DNA from: the human T2T-CHM13v2.0 reference genome, Homo sapiens
Reading direction: 5' to 3' (one strand)
Assembly (NCBI RefSeq): GCF_009914755.1
Contig: NC_060947.1
Length of the DNA stretch: 64,000 nt
The translations under genes and the position numbers were made by a program. Below are positions 18,131 to 33,482 of the stretch, in pieces; the stretch's first letter is position 1, and the number at the start of each line of letters is the position of its first letter. The notes beneath the pieces were generated by a model, which saw only the letters and a list, made by a program, of their open reading frames with translations, searched no databases and had not been told where the DNA came from.

Positions 18131-18649
18131 ATCTATGTTAAAACTGTACTAAGCTGTGTCTAACCCCAGTAAGTCACCTGGTAGATAAGAAAGGGTTGGC
18201 TATATATGAAGCCCCTCTCTCCCGGATGATTTGCTCCAAAGTGACTCCAAGCCCTGCACAGCTGCTCAGGGCAGATGTGGGTGTTCCCAGGCTGGTATCA
18301 GAGAGCACGGCACAGTGTCTTCTCAATCTCGTTTATCTAACAGGGAGCTGGTGAATGGATCTTTCTCTCCCTCTCTTTGTCTCACATACCACCACCACTT
18401 CCACCACCACATTACTTTTAAATGTTTTAAAATATTTCTACAAAAAATCTTTTCCTTCTTAATTCTTGATTGCACTGATTTGCAAGCCTCCTGTTATTAT
18501 GCAAAATAGTAATAATAACACTTTATTACTTTCCTTAGACCCAAACTTCCTCCTCCATTCATATGTTGCTTCCTGGGGAAAACAAGGGCAAAGAAATAGG
18601 TGCCCTCCTACCCTGTTGGTAAATCCTTGGTGGCCCATCTTCTGGGCTG

Positions 18650-18991
<342 letters not shown>

Positions 18992-19826
18992 TGATTACCC
19001 AAGGGCCTAGTCAAAGCTTTTATAAGCAGTTGGAAAGATTCAGTTCTCCCAGCTTTTCCCAGCTCCCTCTCTATTTCTCTCTTGGTCATTTTCCTTGATA
19101 AAATTTTTACCCATTTAATGTTGTCTTGGTGTCTGCCTCTCAATGCACCTGTGATAAGACAGCATTCTTTATTGTAAGGCTTCTTTCACTCAGCATATTG
19201 TTGTCAGAAAATGTCTTCATTTGTGTTGTCAGAGCTAAACACCGCATTTCCATGGAGACATCACAATTCTCTACATACACCTCAGGTCAAGTTAGATTTT
19301 CAGCATCACACAGATGACTCAAGGAATGTTCTTTATACTAAATTACTTCAATCGTTCTCACGCATGCTGCTGCTGAAACTTATCTCCCCCATCCTTTATC
19401 TATACTGTTTGGTTTGGACACAAGTAGAGTGTCTGATAGGTAATCCTGGAAACTTGTCTTCCTTAATAAAACAGCAAGAGAAGTGGTATTGTCAGAGGCA
19501 TTTGAACCACAGTGACTCCATCTTGGAATAGGGGCTAGGTAAAATGAGGCTGAGACCTACTGGATTGCATTCCCAGGAGGTTTGGCATTCTAAGTCACAG
19601 GATGAGATAGGAGGTCGGCACAAAATACAGGTCACAAAGACCTTGCTGGTAAAACATCATAAGGTAAAGAAACCAGCTGAAACCCACCAAAACCAAGATG
19701 GCAATGAAAGTGACCTCTAATTGTCCTCACTGCTCATTATACGCTAATTATAATGCATTAGCATGCTAAAAGACACTCCTACCGGCACCATGACAGTTTA
19801 CAAATGCCATGGAATTGCCCACCCCT

Positions 19827-19835
19827 TTCTGGGAA
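19827..19835 (+). promoter_or_regulatory. GAS (STAT) motif TTCTGGGAA in MER41B
   Basis: Matches TTCNNNGAA at the position of the second MER41B GAS site; function untested. Confidence 0.5.
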
Positions 19836-19934
19836 AACTCATGAATAATCTGCCTCTTGTTTAGCGTATAATTAAGAAGTAACAATAAGTATAATCAGTG
19901 AACAGCCCATGCTGCTGCTCTGCCTATGGAGTAG

Positions 19935-20254
<320 letters not shown>

Positions 20255-20508
20255 CTATTTATTCACTTTCTTAATAAACTTACTTTCACTTTACTCTATG
20301 GACTCACCCGAAATTCTTTCTTGCACAAGATCTAAGAACCCTCTTTTGGGGTCTGGATTGGGACCTCTTTCTTGTAACGGTATGTGTGCACAGAGATGTT
20401 TGTCCCAGCTTGTTTAGATATACAAATGTGCACAACAGTGCAGAGATTAAGAACATGGGTTTTGGATGCAGACCACCTGACCCAAGTCCCTGCTCCACTT
20501 CAAGAATA

Positions 20509-21012
20509 CAGTTGGCCCTCCTTATCTATGGGTTCTGCAGACGGGAAATATTTAAAAATAGAGATGGCCGGGCACGGTAGCTCATGCCTGTAATCCCAGC
20601 ACTTTGGGAGGCTGAAGCAGGTGGATCACGAGGTCAGGAGTTCAAGACCAGCCTGACCAACATGGTGAAACCCCGTCTCTATTAAAAATACAAAAATTAG
20701 CCAGGCATGGTGGCACACACCTGTAATCTCAGCTACTCAGGAGGCTGAGGCAGGATAATCCCTTGAACCTGGGAAGCAGAGGTTGCAGTGAGCCAAGATT
20801 GTGCCATTGCACTCCGACCTGGGTGGCAGAGCGAGACTCTGTCTCAAAAAAAAAAAAAAAAAAAGAGAGAGAGATAAAGAATAATAATACAATGATAAAA
20901 ATAATACAAATAAAAAACCAATACAGTACAACAGCTATTTACATAGCATTTACATTGTACTAAATATTGTAGGTAATTTAGAGATTATTTAAAGTATATA
21001 GGAGGATGTGCA
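20509..21012 (-). mobile_element. MER2 (Tigger-family MITE), partial, split by an Alu and inserted in a MIR
   Basis: ta|cagttggccctccttatc terminus; acatagcatttacattgta...aaagtatataggaggatgtgca. Confidence 0.7.
20565..20863 (+). mobile_element. Alu (Sg-like)
   Basis: ggatcacgaggtcaggagttcaagacc; poly(A) tail. Confidence 0.95.
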
Positions 21013-21024
21013 CAGATGACTACG

Positions 21025-21350
21025 TATCAGGTAGGAATGCTTTAGGAGCAAGTTACAGAAAAGCAAATCAGCAATGGTTTAAATAGGAGTTCACTTTTCT
21101 CACATTATATGAAGTCTAAAAGCAGGCAGCTCCTGACATTGGTTTCAAGCTTAACAATGTCAGGTCTAGCATCTCTGCAATGCCCTTGACCTTTTCCTTA
21201 TACTTGCAAGATGGTGAGATAGCTGCATCATCTTAAATTATCTCTTCCATGTTCAAGACTGCAAGAAATGCAAAGTCTTTCAAGAAGCTCCCGGCAGACT
21301 TCTTTGTATGTCTCATTGACTTCTCCCAGCTGCAAAGAAGGTGTTTTTCT
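21025..21350 (-). mobile_element. Old MaLR (MLT1) LTR remnant
   Basis: tatcaggtaggaatgctttaggagcaagttacagaaaa...ttttctcacat antisense MLT1 end. Confidence 0.55.
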
Positions 21351-21424
21351 AGTGTAATGGTGGAGGTGGATAAAGGAGAAAGGGTTGGGAAAGGGTGTTG
21401 AGTTTGATCATCAATACTGATACT

Positions 21425-21620
21425 GTAGCTGCTTACTACCTGAACAATCTTGGACAAGTTGCTTACCTCTCTCACCTCAGTTTTTTCATCAACAATGGGA
21501 TAATAATATATTTACTTTATAATTCTTACTGTGAGGATTAAAGCAGTTATTATATATGAAGTGTTTAGAATAGTACCTGGAACATAGTAAATCCTCAATT
21601 AAGGTAGATATTATTTATCA
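21425..21620 (+). mobile_element. MIR 3' part (5' part at ~20430-20505)
   Basis: tcttggacaagttgcttacctctct...gtgaggattaaa...tagtacctggaacatagtaa. Confidence 0.8.
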
Positions 21621-23399
21621 TAGGGAAAAATTGAACATGGCTTAAATATCTATCAAAAGGAGATCAGTTATGTAAATATATCCAAATGGAATACTATGCA
21701 GCTGTTAAGATGCCAACTAATTGTGACTGACACTCAAAGATCTACCACATATTGTTTAGTAAATCTAACAAGTTATAGGACAATACAAAAAGGATGATCC
21801 CTGTTATGTAAAAGTGTACACATAGGAGTGAACATAATATAAAAAGAACCATCATTTTTTATGGATTGGAGATCTTCTGGGAACTCAACTACATTCTGCT
21901 TATGTAAACTTCATGTAGTTTTCAGACCAAAAGTTGACTTTGTTTCCTGAAGAAATGACTTACTGAATACTTTTCCTAAATTTCCCAGAAAATTTTAAGA
22001 AATTATCAAGATGCCTAGTTTACAATTGAATAACTTAGTCCCAAAGAGTATTTGACTCAACGAGTATGTCCTGTTTGATTAGGAATTTGGATTTTTATTA
22101 GCAAGAAAATCAGTTATTTAAGTGGCACACTTAACTTCCAGTTTTTGAGAAGTCATACAGTGTAATCCATAGAGAATACTACATTTGGATTTGCATGTCC
22201 AAATACTAGAATCCTCAGATTACTTTTTTCAAACAACCCAATAAATATAGAAACAGTTTGTTTTCTCTGGAAGTATCCTTATGTCTATGTCTCAAATGTT
22301 ACTCTGATGGCTTTGAGCAGGCCCTCTCATCATGTCGTTGAGCCCAGTTACTTCTTTGGCTACTTTCAGGGAAATTTTTCTGTTACTAAAAGTATTGAAC
22401 AAACTAACAGTAACAGCTTACCAACCTCTACGTTTGAGCTTCAGTGGGATTTATTTTAAAGCTTCACCTTCTTGGTAAATTTGGGTGAAATCGGAGATTT
22501 CAGTGTGATTTGGGACATCAAATCCCCTACGGAGTTAGTCTATTTTGCAGGCCTCTGAATTACTTGCGCGCTTAGGGAAGGAAAGACCAGGAAAAGCTTG
22601 AAACTACAATTTATGTTGGGGAGTATAATTGTAGATAAGATTTTAATGATAAATGTTAATTGCTAAGAGACCTGGGAGAGCCTTGAGAATGTTATGTAAC
22701 ATACAAAGAAGCTGGAACACAGCATCTAGAAGAATCAGCATATCCTCTGTCATACCCCCGTCCTCTCCAGTAATTGTCATATATAATTTGTTTTTGTATC
22801 TCCCTATAGATGGTGAGCATCACTGGGTTTCTGGGCAATCATATGTCTAAGAAAGACTCCTCTGGTAAGAGAAGTAACACCACTGTTCTCTCTCTGCACA
22901 ACACAGTGGTCTTCCCTCCTGGCAAGATGGCGCCTGAACTCCCTTCCACTCTCATATGGGGGCTGGGGTGGGGATACGTGAGTCAGTTAAGGCTAAATAC
23001 CAAGTTAGCCAGCACCCTGGGCAAACCACATATCAGATAAGGGATTAATATCCAAGATTTAGAAAGAACTCATACAACTAAATAGCAAAACCACATAACC
23101 CAATTTAAAAATGGACAAAGAACTTGAATAGGTATTTCTCCAAAGATGACATAAAAATGGCTAACAGGTACATGAAACGGTGCTCAACATCATTAATTAT
23201 CAGGGACGTGCAAATCAAAACCATTGTGAGATACACTATCAAACCTGTTAAGATGGCTATTATTAAAACGAAGAGATAAGTGTTGGCAAAGGTGTAGAGA
23301 AAAGGGAACTCTTGTATACTGTTGGTGAGAATGTAGATTAATGCAGCCATTACGGAAAACAGTATGGAGGTTCCTAAATAACTTGAAACTAGAACTATC

Positions 23400-24106
<707 letters not shown>

Positions 24107-24214
24107 TCATAAAGATATCTGCAACTCCATGTCCATTGCAGCACTATTCACAATAGTCAAGATATGGAAACAACCTATTTGTCCATCAATGTACAGATGG
24201 ATAAAGAAACTGTG

Positions 24215-24304
24215 GTGTGTGTGTGTACATATATGTATATGTACAGATATATGTGCATATATATACATATATATGTATATGTATATATGTACATATATCT
24301 ATAC

Positions 24305-24350
<46 letters not shown>
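24215..24350. repeat. (TG)/(TA)/(CA) compound microsatellite
   Basis: Directly visible. Confidence 0.9.
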
Positions 24351-24385
24351 CCACAATAGAATGTTATTCAGCCTTAAATGAGGAG

Positions 24386-24628
24386 GCTTGAGCCTTCCTG
24401 AGTTTGAGACCAGCCTGGGCAACATAGTGAATCCTCATCTCCACAAGAAAATTTTAAAAATTAGCCAGGCATGGTGAAGCACACCTGTAGTCCCAGCTAC
24501 TCAGGAGGCTGAGGCAGGAGCATCGCTTGAGCTCAGGAGGTCAAAGCTGCAGTGAGCCACGATCACACCACTGCACTTCAGCCTGGGCAACAGAGTGAGA
24601 GAGACCCTGTCTCTCTCAAGAAAAAGAA
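24386..24628 (+). mobile_element. AluJ, 5' truncated
   Basis: gcttgagcc...aggtcaaagctgcagtgagcc. Confidence 0.88.
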
Positions 24629-25164
24629 GAGATCCCACCATTTGCCACAACACAAGTGGACCTGGAGGACATTATGCTAAGTGAGATAAGCCAGACACAG
24701 AAAGAAAAATATTTCACATGAGAGAATGGAGGGGAAAAAAAGGAAAATATTGCAAGATCTCACTTACATGTGGAATAGTTTGTAAAAGGTCAAATATGTA
24801 GAGAGAGAATAAAACAGTGTTTACCAGGCCCGGGAATGGGGAGATATAAGTCAAAGGATACAAAGTAGCAGATATGTAGGAAGGATGAACAAGTTGAAAG
24901 ATACAATGTATAACATGAAGACTATAGTTAATAATAGTGTATTTTACTCAAGATTTTTGCTAAATGGATAGATTATAGCTGCTCTTGCCACGGGGTGGGG
25001 TGGGTGTAGGGGGTAGAGAGGTGGAGCATGGGTAACAATTCGAGGTTATGGATATGTTAATTTGTTCCACTATAGTAACCATTTTAGTATATATGTGTGT
25101 ATATATATATGTATCTCATAACATCATGTTGTATGCCTTAAATATACACAATACTATTTATTAA

Positions 25165-25429
25165 TTTTCAGACAAGGTCTTGCTCTGTCACCCAGGCTGG
25201 TGTGCAGTGATAGAATCACGACTCACTGCAGCCTTGACCTCCCTAACTCAGCCTCCTGAGTAGCTGGGACTACAGGTGCATGCCACCAAACCCGGCTAAT
25301 TTTTAAAAAATTTTTGTAGAGACAGTTTGCTATGTTGCCCAGGCTGCTCTCAAATTCCTGGGCTCATGCAAACCTCCTGCCTTGGCCTCTCAAAGAACTG
25401 AGATTACAAGCATGAGCCACTGTCCAGCC
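25165..25429 (-). mobile_element. AluJ
   Basis: Antisense, small internal deletion. Confidence 0.88.
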
Positions 25430-25554
25430 AAAATTTATTTTATTTAGTTTTTTTAAAAGAATTGCTTCTGGAAGGACCCAAATGAAAACCCAGACACTGA
25501 AGCACAGTGCAGGGAGGAGAGCTACCACTATCCCCTGACAGACTAATGGTGAAA

Positions 25555-25780
25555 TGAGGCAAACACCGGCTTTGTGAAGTCAGATAGGGCTGGATTCTAA
25601 TCTCTAACTGTCTATATCCTAATTCTGTAACCCTGGTCAAATTATATACTATTTCTGAGTCTCAGTTTACTCACTTGTAAAGTCTTACCTTATAGGGTTG
25701 TTGTGAATATTAAATAAGATAACAGATGTAAAGGTCATGGAATATAGGATGAACTTAAAAAGAGATGAGATTGTTATTAC
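25555..25780 (+). mobile_element. MIR
   Basis: tctgagtctcagtttactcacttgtaaa...agggttgttgtgaatattaaataagataa. Confidence 0.75.
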
Positions 25781-25807
25781 TGCAAATCCCTGCAACTCCC
25801 ACCCCTA

Positions 25808-26101
<294 letters not shown>

Positions 26102-27263
26102 TCACACTCACATGCACCATTCTGATTTCTCTCAAACACCTAAAGTGGAAAAATCCCCCACTCCAGCCTGATTCCTGCGAGGAATATGCTCTAACATTTA
26201 ATAGCTGATAATTCAGCAAGTTTCTTGAAGGGTTAATGTCTAACCTAACTCATCACCTCAAACCAAGCAATGGCCTCAATCACATAAATCACTTCAGATT
26301 TTTCAACAGAAGCAGCCATTTACATCAGGGAGCAGCAAAGCCCATGAAATTTCCCCAAATTTCCTGGGGATTTGGGAAAGCAGGCAGAGTATTTTTTCTT
26401 CCCTTGAGGGACCTCAACATACACTGTGATCTCCCCTGGTCCCCAGGATACTTGGGACCTGTATTTTGGTATCAGCAGCCACTATGGGACAGGTTATGTA
26501 CACAACTGCTCTGGTGCATTTTAATGGTGGAATTACCACCATCTCCCTTAAGGGAAGAATAATAATGATGATTCGAATCTGCATAACACTTTTACTCCTC
26601 CAAGTGTGTCTGTATATCTTATTTTATTTTGTATTCCAATAGTTCTAACATCAAAACATTTTTCCTCTTTTTTAATCAGAATTTTTGTGAACTGTACTGT
26701 ATTTCTCATGGTTGTGTCTTCTGGGATTTACAGACTAAATAAATCCTCCTCCATGTTAACACCTTTTAATAGCTGTAGACTGCTGCTGCGGACCATTCTC
26801 CTCCCTCCTTTCATGCTTTTAACTATCAAATTTACTTCAAACCCATGTGGAGGAGGCAGGTAGAATGCCAATAGGCCCCATACAATTCCATCAGCAATGT
26901 CTTCACATATACTTTGTATATTTCCTCATTCTTCTTTCCTCCTATTTCCTATAATTATTGTTGTGCCTCTTCTCTGATTTTAAGAGGAGGATATTATAGG
27001 TTAAAATGTCGGCAACATCACTGGAAAAAAACAATTTTTCAAGTCTCAGGCCTGCAGTCTCTTTAAGATAAAAACAATTGTAGCCACCTTGGCCCTTTTT
27101 CCTCTCCTTGCTTCCCTCTGTCTCTGGTTGAAGGCATTTAAATCCTGCTGCAAAATTTCTACAAAGAATACAGTTAATGCGGATTCAGTTATTTCTCTCT
27201 CATAGCCCATTCAGACATCTTAATCTGACAGGCCTGACAGTTGAAAATACTTCCCTGTAACTG

Positions 27264-27265
<2 letters not shown>

Positions 27266-27297
<32 letters not shown>
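27266..27297. repeat. (CA)16 microsatellite
   Basis: Directly visible. Confidence 0.95.
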
Positions 27298-27298
<1 letters not shown>

Positions 27299-27984
27299 CC
27301 TCTTTTTGCTCAGAATCCAGGCTCCATGTGACCATGTCATAGCCAATCTCCCACCAAGCTGTGTCCCAGATTCAGCTTCTGCCTCAATTAAGGAAACATG
27401 GGAGACAAAGCAGCACTTATTTTTAAATTAAAAAGCCTCCTGGCTTCCCTTACAGACTGCCTTGAGTGTGCTGCCCTGATCAAAGCTGCTTTGAACACTC
27501 TTCTACTCTGGCAGGGACAGGAAAGAACGTTGCCCATAGAAGAAACTAATGTGAAACATTAGAGCATCAGGAACATGTGAAGGGCTGAAGTCCCCATGGA
27601 AGAGGCTCAAAAGTTTGTTTGTCTTCATTCCAAGAGTTTTCGAAGAACATGATTAAAAACAGAAGTATCATGATTCTAATTCTTTTTTACTTATTCTCAT
27701 TTTTGTAGGTTTTTCCTTTCTCATTTCTCCATCATCAATTGTTTGTTTGCTTCTTTGTTTGTTTACTGCTTCTTCGTATCCTTGCTAAGGGGAAATTAAT
27801 TTTCCCCTTGGATTAGCTTTCTCAAAAGCCCCTTTGATTTCATTTTTCATCCACCTCCCCTACCCCCAGTGTTTCAACTGCATTCCCTGCTTCTCTGTAG
27901 CTCCTCTTACAAAAGAAAATCATCACTAATGCAGCAATCATTTTTACCATTTCTCACCCTCCTTTAAAATTGATTTGAAAGAAA

Positions 27985-28445
27985 AAATGTTTAGAGTAGT
28001 ATTATACACAATAGACTCAAATTGGAAACAACTCAAATGTCTACCAAGAGGTGAAGAGACAAATTGTGATATGTCCATACAATGGAGTATTACTAGCAGT
28101 GAAAAAGAATGAACTGCTAATAAACACAACATCATGGGTGAATCTAAGCAAAATAAGTGTTAAGTGAAAAAGAAGCCAGACATAAAAGGGTATATCTGTA
28201 TCATTCTACTTATATGGAGTTCAAGAGCAGGTAAAACAAATCTGTGCTCATAGAAATCAGAACAGTGGTTGCAAGGAGATGGAATATTCCATCAAAGGAG
28301 GCACGAGGGCATTTTAGGGGGTGATGGAAATAGTCTTTATCTTGATTAAAGTGTGTTTGCATTTGTCAAAACTCATTTAACTGTGTGTTTTAGATCTGTG
28401 CATTTCAAGTCATAAATTATATCTCCATTTGAAAATAAAAGTAAA
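27985..28445 (+). mobile_element. L1ME-type 3' end
   Basis: attggaaacaactcaaatgtc...gaagccagacataaaa...tagaaatcagaacagtggttgc...catttgtcaaaactcat. Confidence 0.75.
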
Positions 28446-28456
28446 GGATTTTAAAA

Positions 28457-28760
<304 letters not shown>

Positions 28761-28994
28761 TTTAAAAGGAGATAATTAAGTTAATAGTGGTATTTAGATA
28801 GCATGGCTTATGACATGACTATTTAAAATCATTTTTCTGAATACCATTAGTAACATGGAGAAATGCCTAAGTGTGGGAAAGACAGGACACAAAATTTTAC
28901 CTAAGAATGGCCCCATTTTCCATAGGAAGCTTCTACAAAATAACAATAATAGAAACTCAAATCCTGGCCAAAAACAACAAAAAAGGCCCCATTT

Positions 28995-29453
<459 letters not shown>

Positions 29454-30122
29454 TGATGTTTATTTAAAGCAAGACCTTAACAAAAAGGCAAGAATTCTTT
29501 CAAAAAAACCACAAGCTGTACCTATTTGACTATTATAGTCACCCAAAAATGTGTAGTGGGCTGAACAGAAAGTGAATGGATCCTGGGAGCCTGCATGGTT
29601 TGCTTTCCAAAATTCCTTTGTTTGGTTCAGCAGACTTTAATTTGATCTCTATCGCTTTGTCCAAGTGTCCAGAGCCCTGAAAGTGTGCCCTTCAGAGGGC
29701 CCACCCACCACTTATTTGCCTCTTAAACTGGATGTGGTCAATTATGATATCCAGGCTGTAGGTACAGGGTTTCCCATCCAAGTCATTCATCTGAGTAATT
29801 TCAGGAAATGTTAAATAACTGTGGGGGGAAGAAATCCTTATGGAATGCACCTGATAAACCCATTTTCAATATACACGAATGGGGATGATAGGGCTTTTTT
29901 TTTTTCCTCCAGATCAAGTTTAGTTGAAGAAGGTACAAAACCTGCAGGAAGTGATTAAGAGTCTTGGTAATTCTTAGACTTTTTTTTGTTGTTCAAGAAA
30001 TGATATAAAGAATATGAAGATCACTCTTGAAAGGAAAAAGAGAGACAGACTAGGTAGCAGGTAAAAAAAAAACTAAACTAAAGCATAATGGAGTTTTCAT
30101 AAATATCAACCAAGGGAAAGTG

Positions 30123-30444
<322 letters not shown>

Positions 30445-30578
30445 TGAATTTTTTACAAATAATAATGACTTGGGACAGACTGGCTACATTCTCCCACCCT
30501 GTCGTCTTTTCCTTAATTCACTGATGAATGTATCTTCAGGAGAGAATACATCCTTATTTTTGTGGAGATATAGGAATA

Positions 30579-33044
30579 CAGCATATGTTGTTTTATTGCG
30601 TTTCACTTTATTGTGCTGCACAGACAACTGTGTTTTTTAGAAACTGAAGATTTGTGGCAACCCTGTGTCAAGCAAGTCTATCAGTGCCATTTTTTTCAAC
30701 AGCATGCGCTCCCTTCCTGTCTCTGTGTCACATTTTGGTAATTCTCACAATCTTTCAAACTTTTTCATCATTATTCTGTCTGTCATGGCAATCTGTGATC
30801 AGCAATCTTGGATGTTACTATTGTAGTTGCTTTGAGGCACCATGAACTTCACCCATAGAGCATGACAAACTTAATAAATGTTGTTTCTGTGTTCTGACTG
30901 CTCCATCGACTGCTCGTTCCCTCGTCTTGGTCTCTCTCTCTCTCTCTCTTCTCAGTCCTCTCTATTTCCTAAGACACAACAATATTGAAATTAGGCCAAT
31001 TAATAACCCTACTATGGCCTTCAAGTGTTCAAGTGAAAAGAAGAGTCGCACATTTCTCACTTTAAATCCAAAGCTAGAAATGATCAAGCTTAGTAGGAAA
31101 GGCATGTGGAAAGCTGAGATATGTTAAAAGCTAGGCCTCTTGTACCAGTTAGCCAGGTGCAAATGCAAAAAAAGACTTCTTAAAGGAAATTAAAAGTGCT
31201 TTTCCAGTAAATACATGAAAGAGAAGAAAGCAAAACAGCCTTATTGCTGATGTAGAGAAAGTTTTAGTGGTCTGGATAGAAGACTAAACCAGCCACAACA
31301 TTCACAGAATTGAAGAGAATTGGGGCCTTGCTCTGGATTAGGATTAAGCCAAAGCCTAATTCAGAGCAAGGCCCTAACTCTCTTCAATTCTATGAAGGCT
31401 GAGAAAGATAAGGAAGCTGCAGAAGAAAAGTTGGAAGCTAGCAGAGCAGTTGGTTCATGAGGTTTAAGGAAAGAAGCTGTTTCCATAACATAAAAGTGCA
31501 AGGCAAAGCAGCAAGTGCTGTTGGAGAAGCTGCAGCAAGTTATCCAGAAGATCTAGCTAAGATCATTAATGAAGAGGGCTACACTAAACAACAGATTTTC
31601 AATCTATATGAAACAGTCTTCTATTGGAAGAAGATGCCATCTAGGACTTTCATAGCTAGAGAGGAGAAGTCAATGACTGACTTAAAGCTTCAAAAGGCAG
31701 GTTGAGTCTCCTGATAGGGACTAATGCAGCTGATGATTTCAAGTTGAAGCCAATGCTCACTTACCATTCAAAAGATCCTACAGCCTTTAAGGACTATGCA
31801 AAATATACTCTGCCTATGCTCTATAAATGAAATAACAAAGCTTGGATGACAGCACATCTGTTGACAGCATGGTTTACTAAATATTTTAAGCCCACTGTTG
31901 GGACCTACTGCTCAGGAAAAGAAAAAGATTTCTTTCAAATATTACTGCTCATTGACAATACACCTGGTCATCCAAGAGCTCTGATAGAGATGTACAAGGA
32001 GATTAATGCTGTTTTCATGCCTGCTAACACAACATCCATTCTGCAGCCCATGGATCAAGGAGTAATTTTGAGTTTAAGTCTTATTATTTAAGAAATACAT
32101 TTTGTAAGGCTGTAGCTGCCATAGAGAGTGATTCCTCTGATCAATCTGGACAAAATAAATCCAAACCCTTCTGCAAAGGGCTCACCATTCTAGATGCCAT
32201 TAAAAATATTCGTGATTCATGAGAGAAGGTCAAAATATCAACATGAACAGGAGTTTGGAAGAAGTTGATTACAACCCTCATCAATGACTTGGAGGAAGTA
32301 ACTGCAGATGTGGTGAAAATAGCAAAAGACTTAGAATCAGAAGTGGAGCCTGAAGATGTGACTGAGTTGCTGCTAGCTCATGATAAAAGTTGAATGGATG
32401 AGGAGTTGCTTCTTATAGATGAGCAAAGAAAGTGGTTTTTTGAGATGGAATCTACTCCTGGTGAAGATGCTGTGAACAATGTTGAAATGACAACAAAGGA
32501 TTTCAAATGTTATATAAACTTAGTCGATAAAGCAGCAACAGGGTTGGAGTGGATTGACTCCAATTTTGAAAGACATTTTGTGGATAAAATGCTATCAAAC
32601 AGCCTTGCATGCTACAAAGAAATCTTCTGTGAAAGGAAAAGTCAATCAATGTGGCAAACTTTATTGTTTTCTCATTTTAAGAAATTCCCACAGCCACCCC
32701 AACCTTCTGCAAGCAGCACCCTGATCAGTCAGCAGCCACCAGCATTGATGCAAGACTCTCCACCAGCAAAAAGATTACAGCTCACTGAAGGCTGAGATAA
32801 TCATTAGCATTTTTTAGCAATAAAGAATTTTTTCATTATTTCATTTATTTATTAGCAATAAAGCATTTTTCATTTTTTGTTTTGGGCATAATACTATTGC
32901 ACACTTAATAGACTACAGTATAGTGTAAGCATGACTTTTATATGCACTGGGAAACCAAAAAATTTGTGTGATTTGCTTTACTGTAATATTCACTTAATTG
33001 TGGTGATCTGAAACCAAATCCACAATATCTCCAAGGTATTCCTG
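30579..33044 (+). mobile_element. Full-length Tigger1 DNA transposon (~2.47 kb) with decayed transposase
   Basis: Termini cagcatatgttgttttattgcg and caatatctccaaggtattcctg with TA TSDs; ORF fragments [44 protein letters not shown] match pogo/Tigger DDE transposase, broken by stops and frameshifts. Confidence 0.95.
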
Positions 33045-33158
33045 TACTTCTTGATTGACTAGTTCAGTTCCTCTTCTAAAGAAGGATAGTGTTGGAGTGG
33101 ACACTGTTATTTGCCTACACAATGTGAGCTAAGGCTTGCATTACCTTTGCACATGGCA

Positions 33159-33482
33159 CAGGTTGAGTACCCTGTATCTGAAATGCTTGGGACTAGACCT
33201 ATTTTGGATTTGGAATTTTTTTCAGATTTTGGAATATTTCCATATACATAATGAGATACCTTAGGGATGGGATCCAAGTCTAAACATGAAATGCATTTGT
33301 TTTTCATATACACCTTATACACATAGACTGAAGGTAATTTTATATACTATTTTAAATAAATTTGTGTATAAAACAAAGTTTGTTTTCAATACTTATGTGT
33401 GGAATTTTCCACTCGTGGCATTACATCAATGCATTTTGGAGCATTTTGGATTTCAGATATTTAGATTAAGGATACTCAACTG
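33159..33482 (+). mobile_element. Tigger4b/MER46 (Zombi) MITE
   Basis: caggttgagtaccctgtatctgaaatgcttggg...aaggatactcaactg TIRs. Confidence 0.85.

Noticed and set aside
19211-19531. 106-aa ORF in mostly unique DNA
   Set aside because: No recognisable domain, ends inside MER41B, length expected by chance
22920-22940. YY1-like caagatggcgcc as a promoter
   Set aside because: Isolated motif with no CpG island or other promoter evidence
29913-29966. Plus-strand exon candidate (strong tttttcctccag acceptor, donor gtaatt)
   Set aside because: Stops in all three frames and no partner exons; cannot be supported beyond a possible non-coding exon
31457-32795. Transposase-like ORFs as a domesticated TIGD/CENP-B-like gene
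   Set aside because: Broken by stops and frameshifts and enclosed by Tigger1 TIRs with TA TSDs; a fossil transposon
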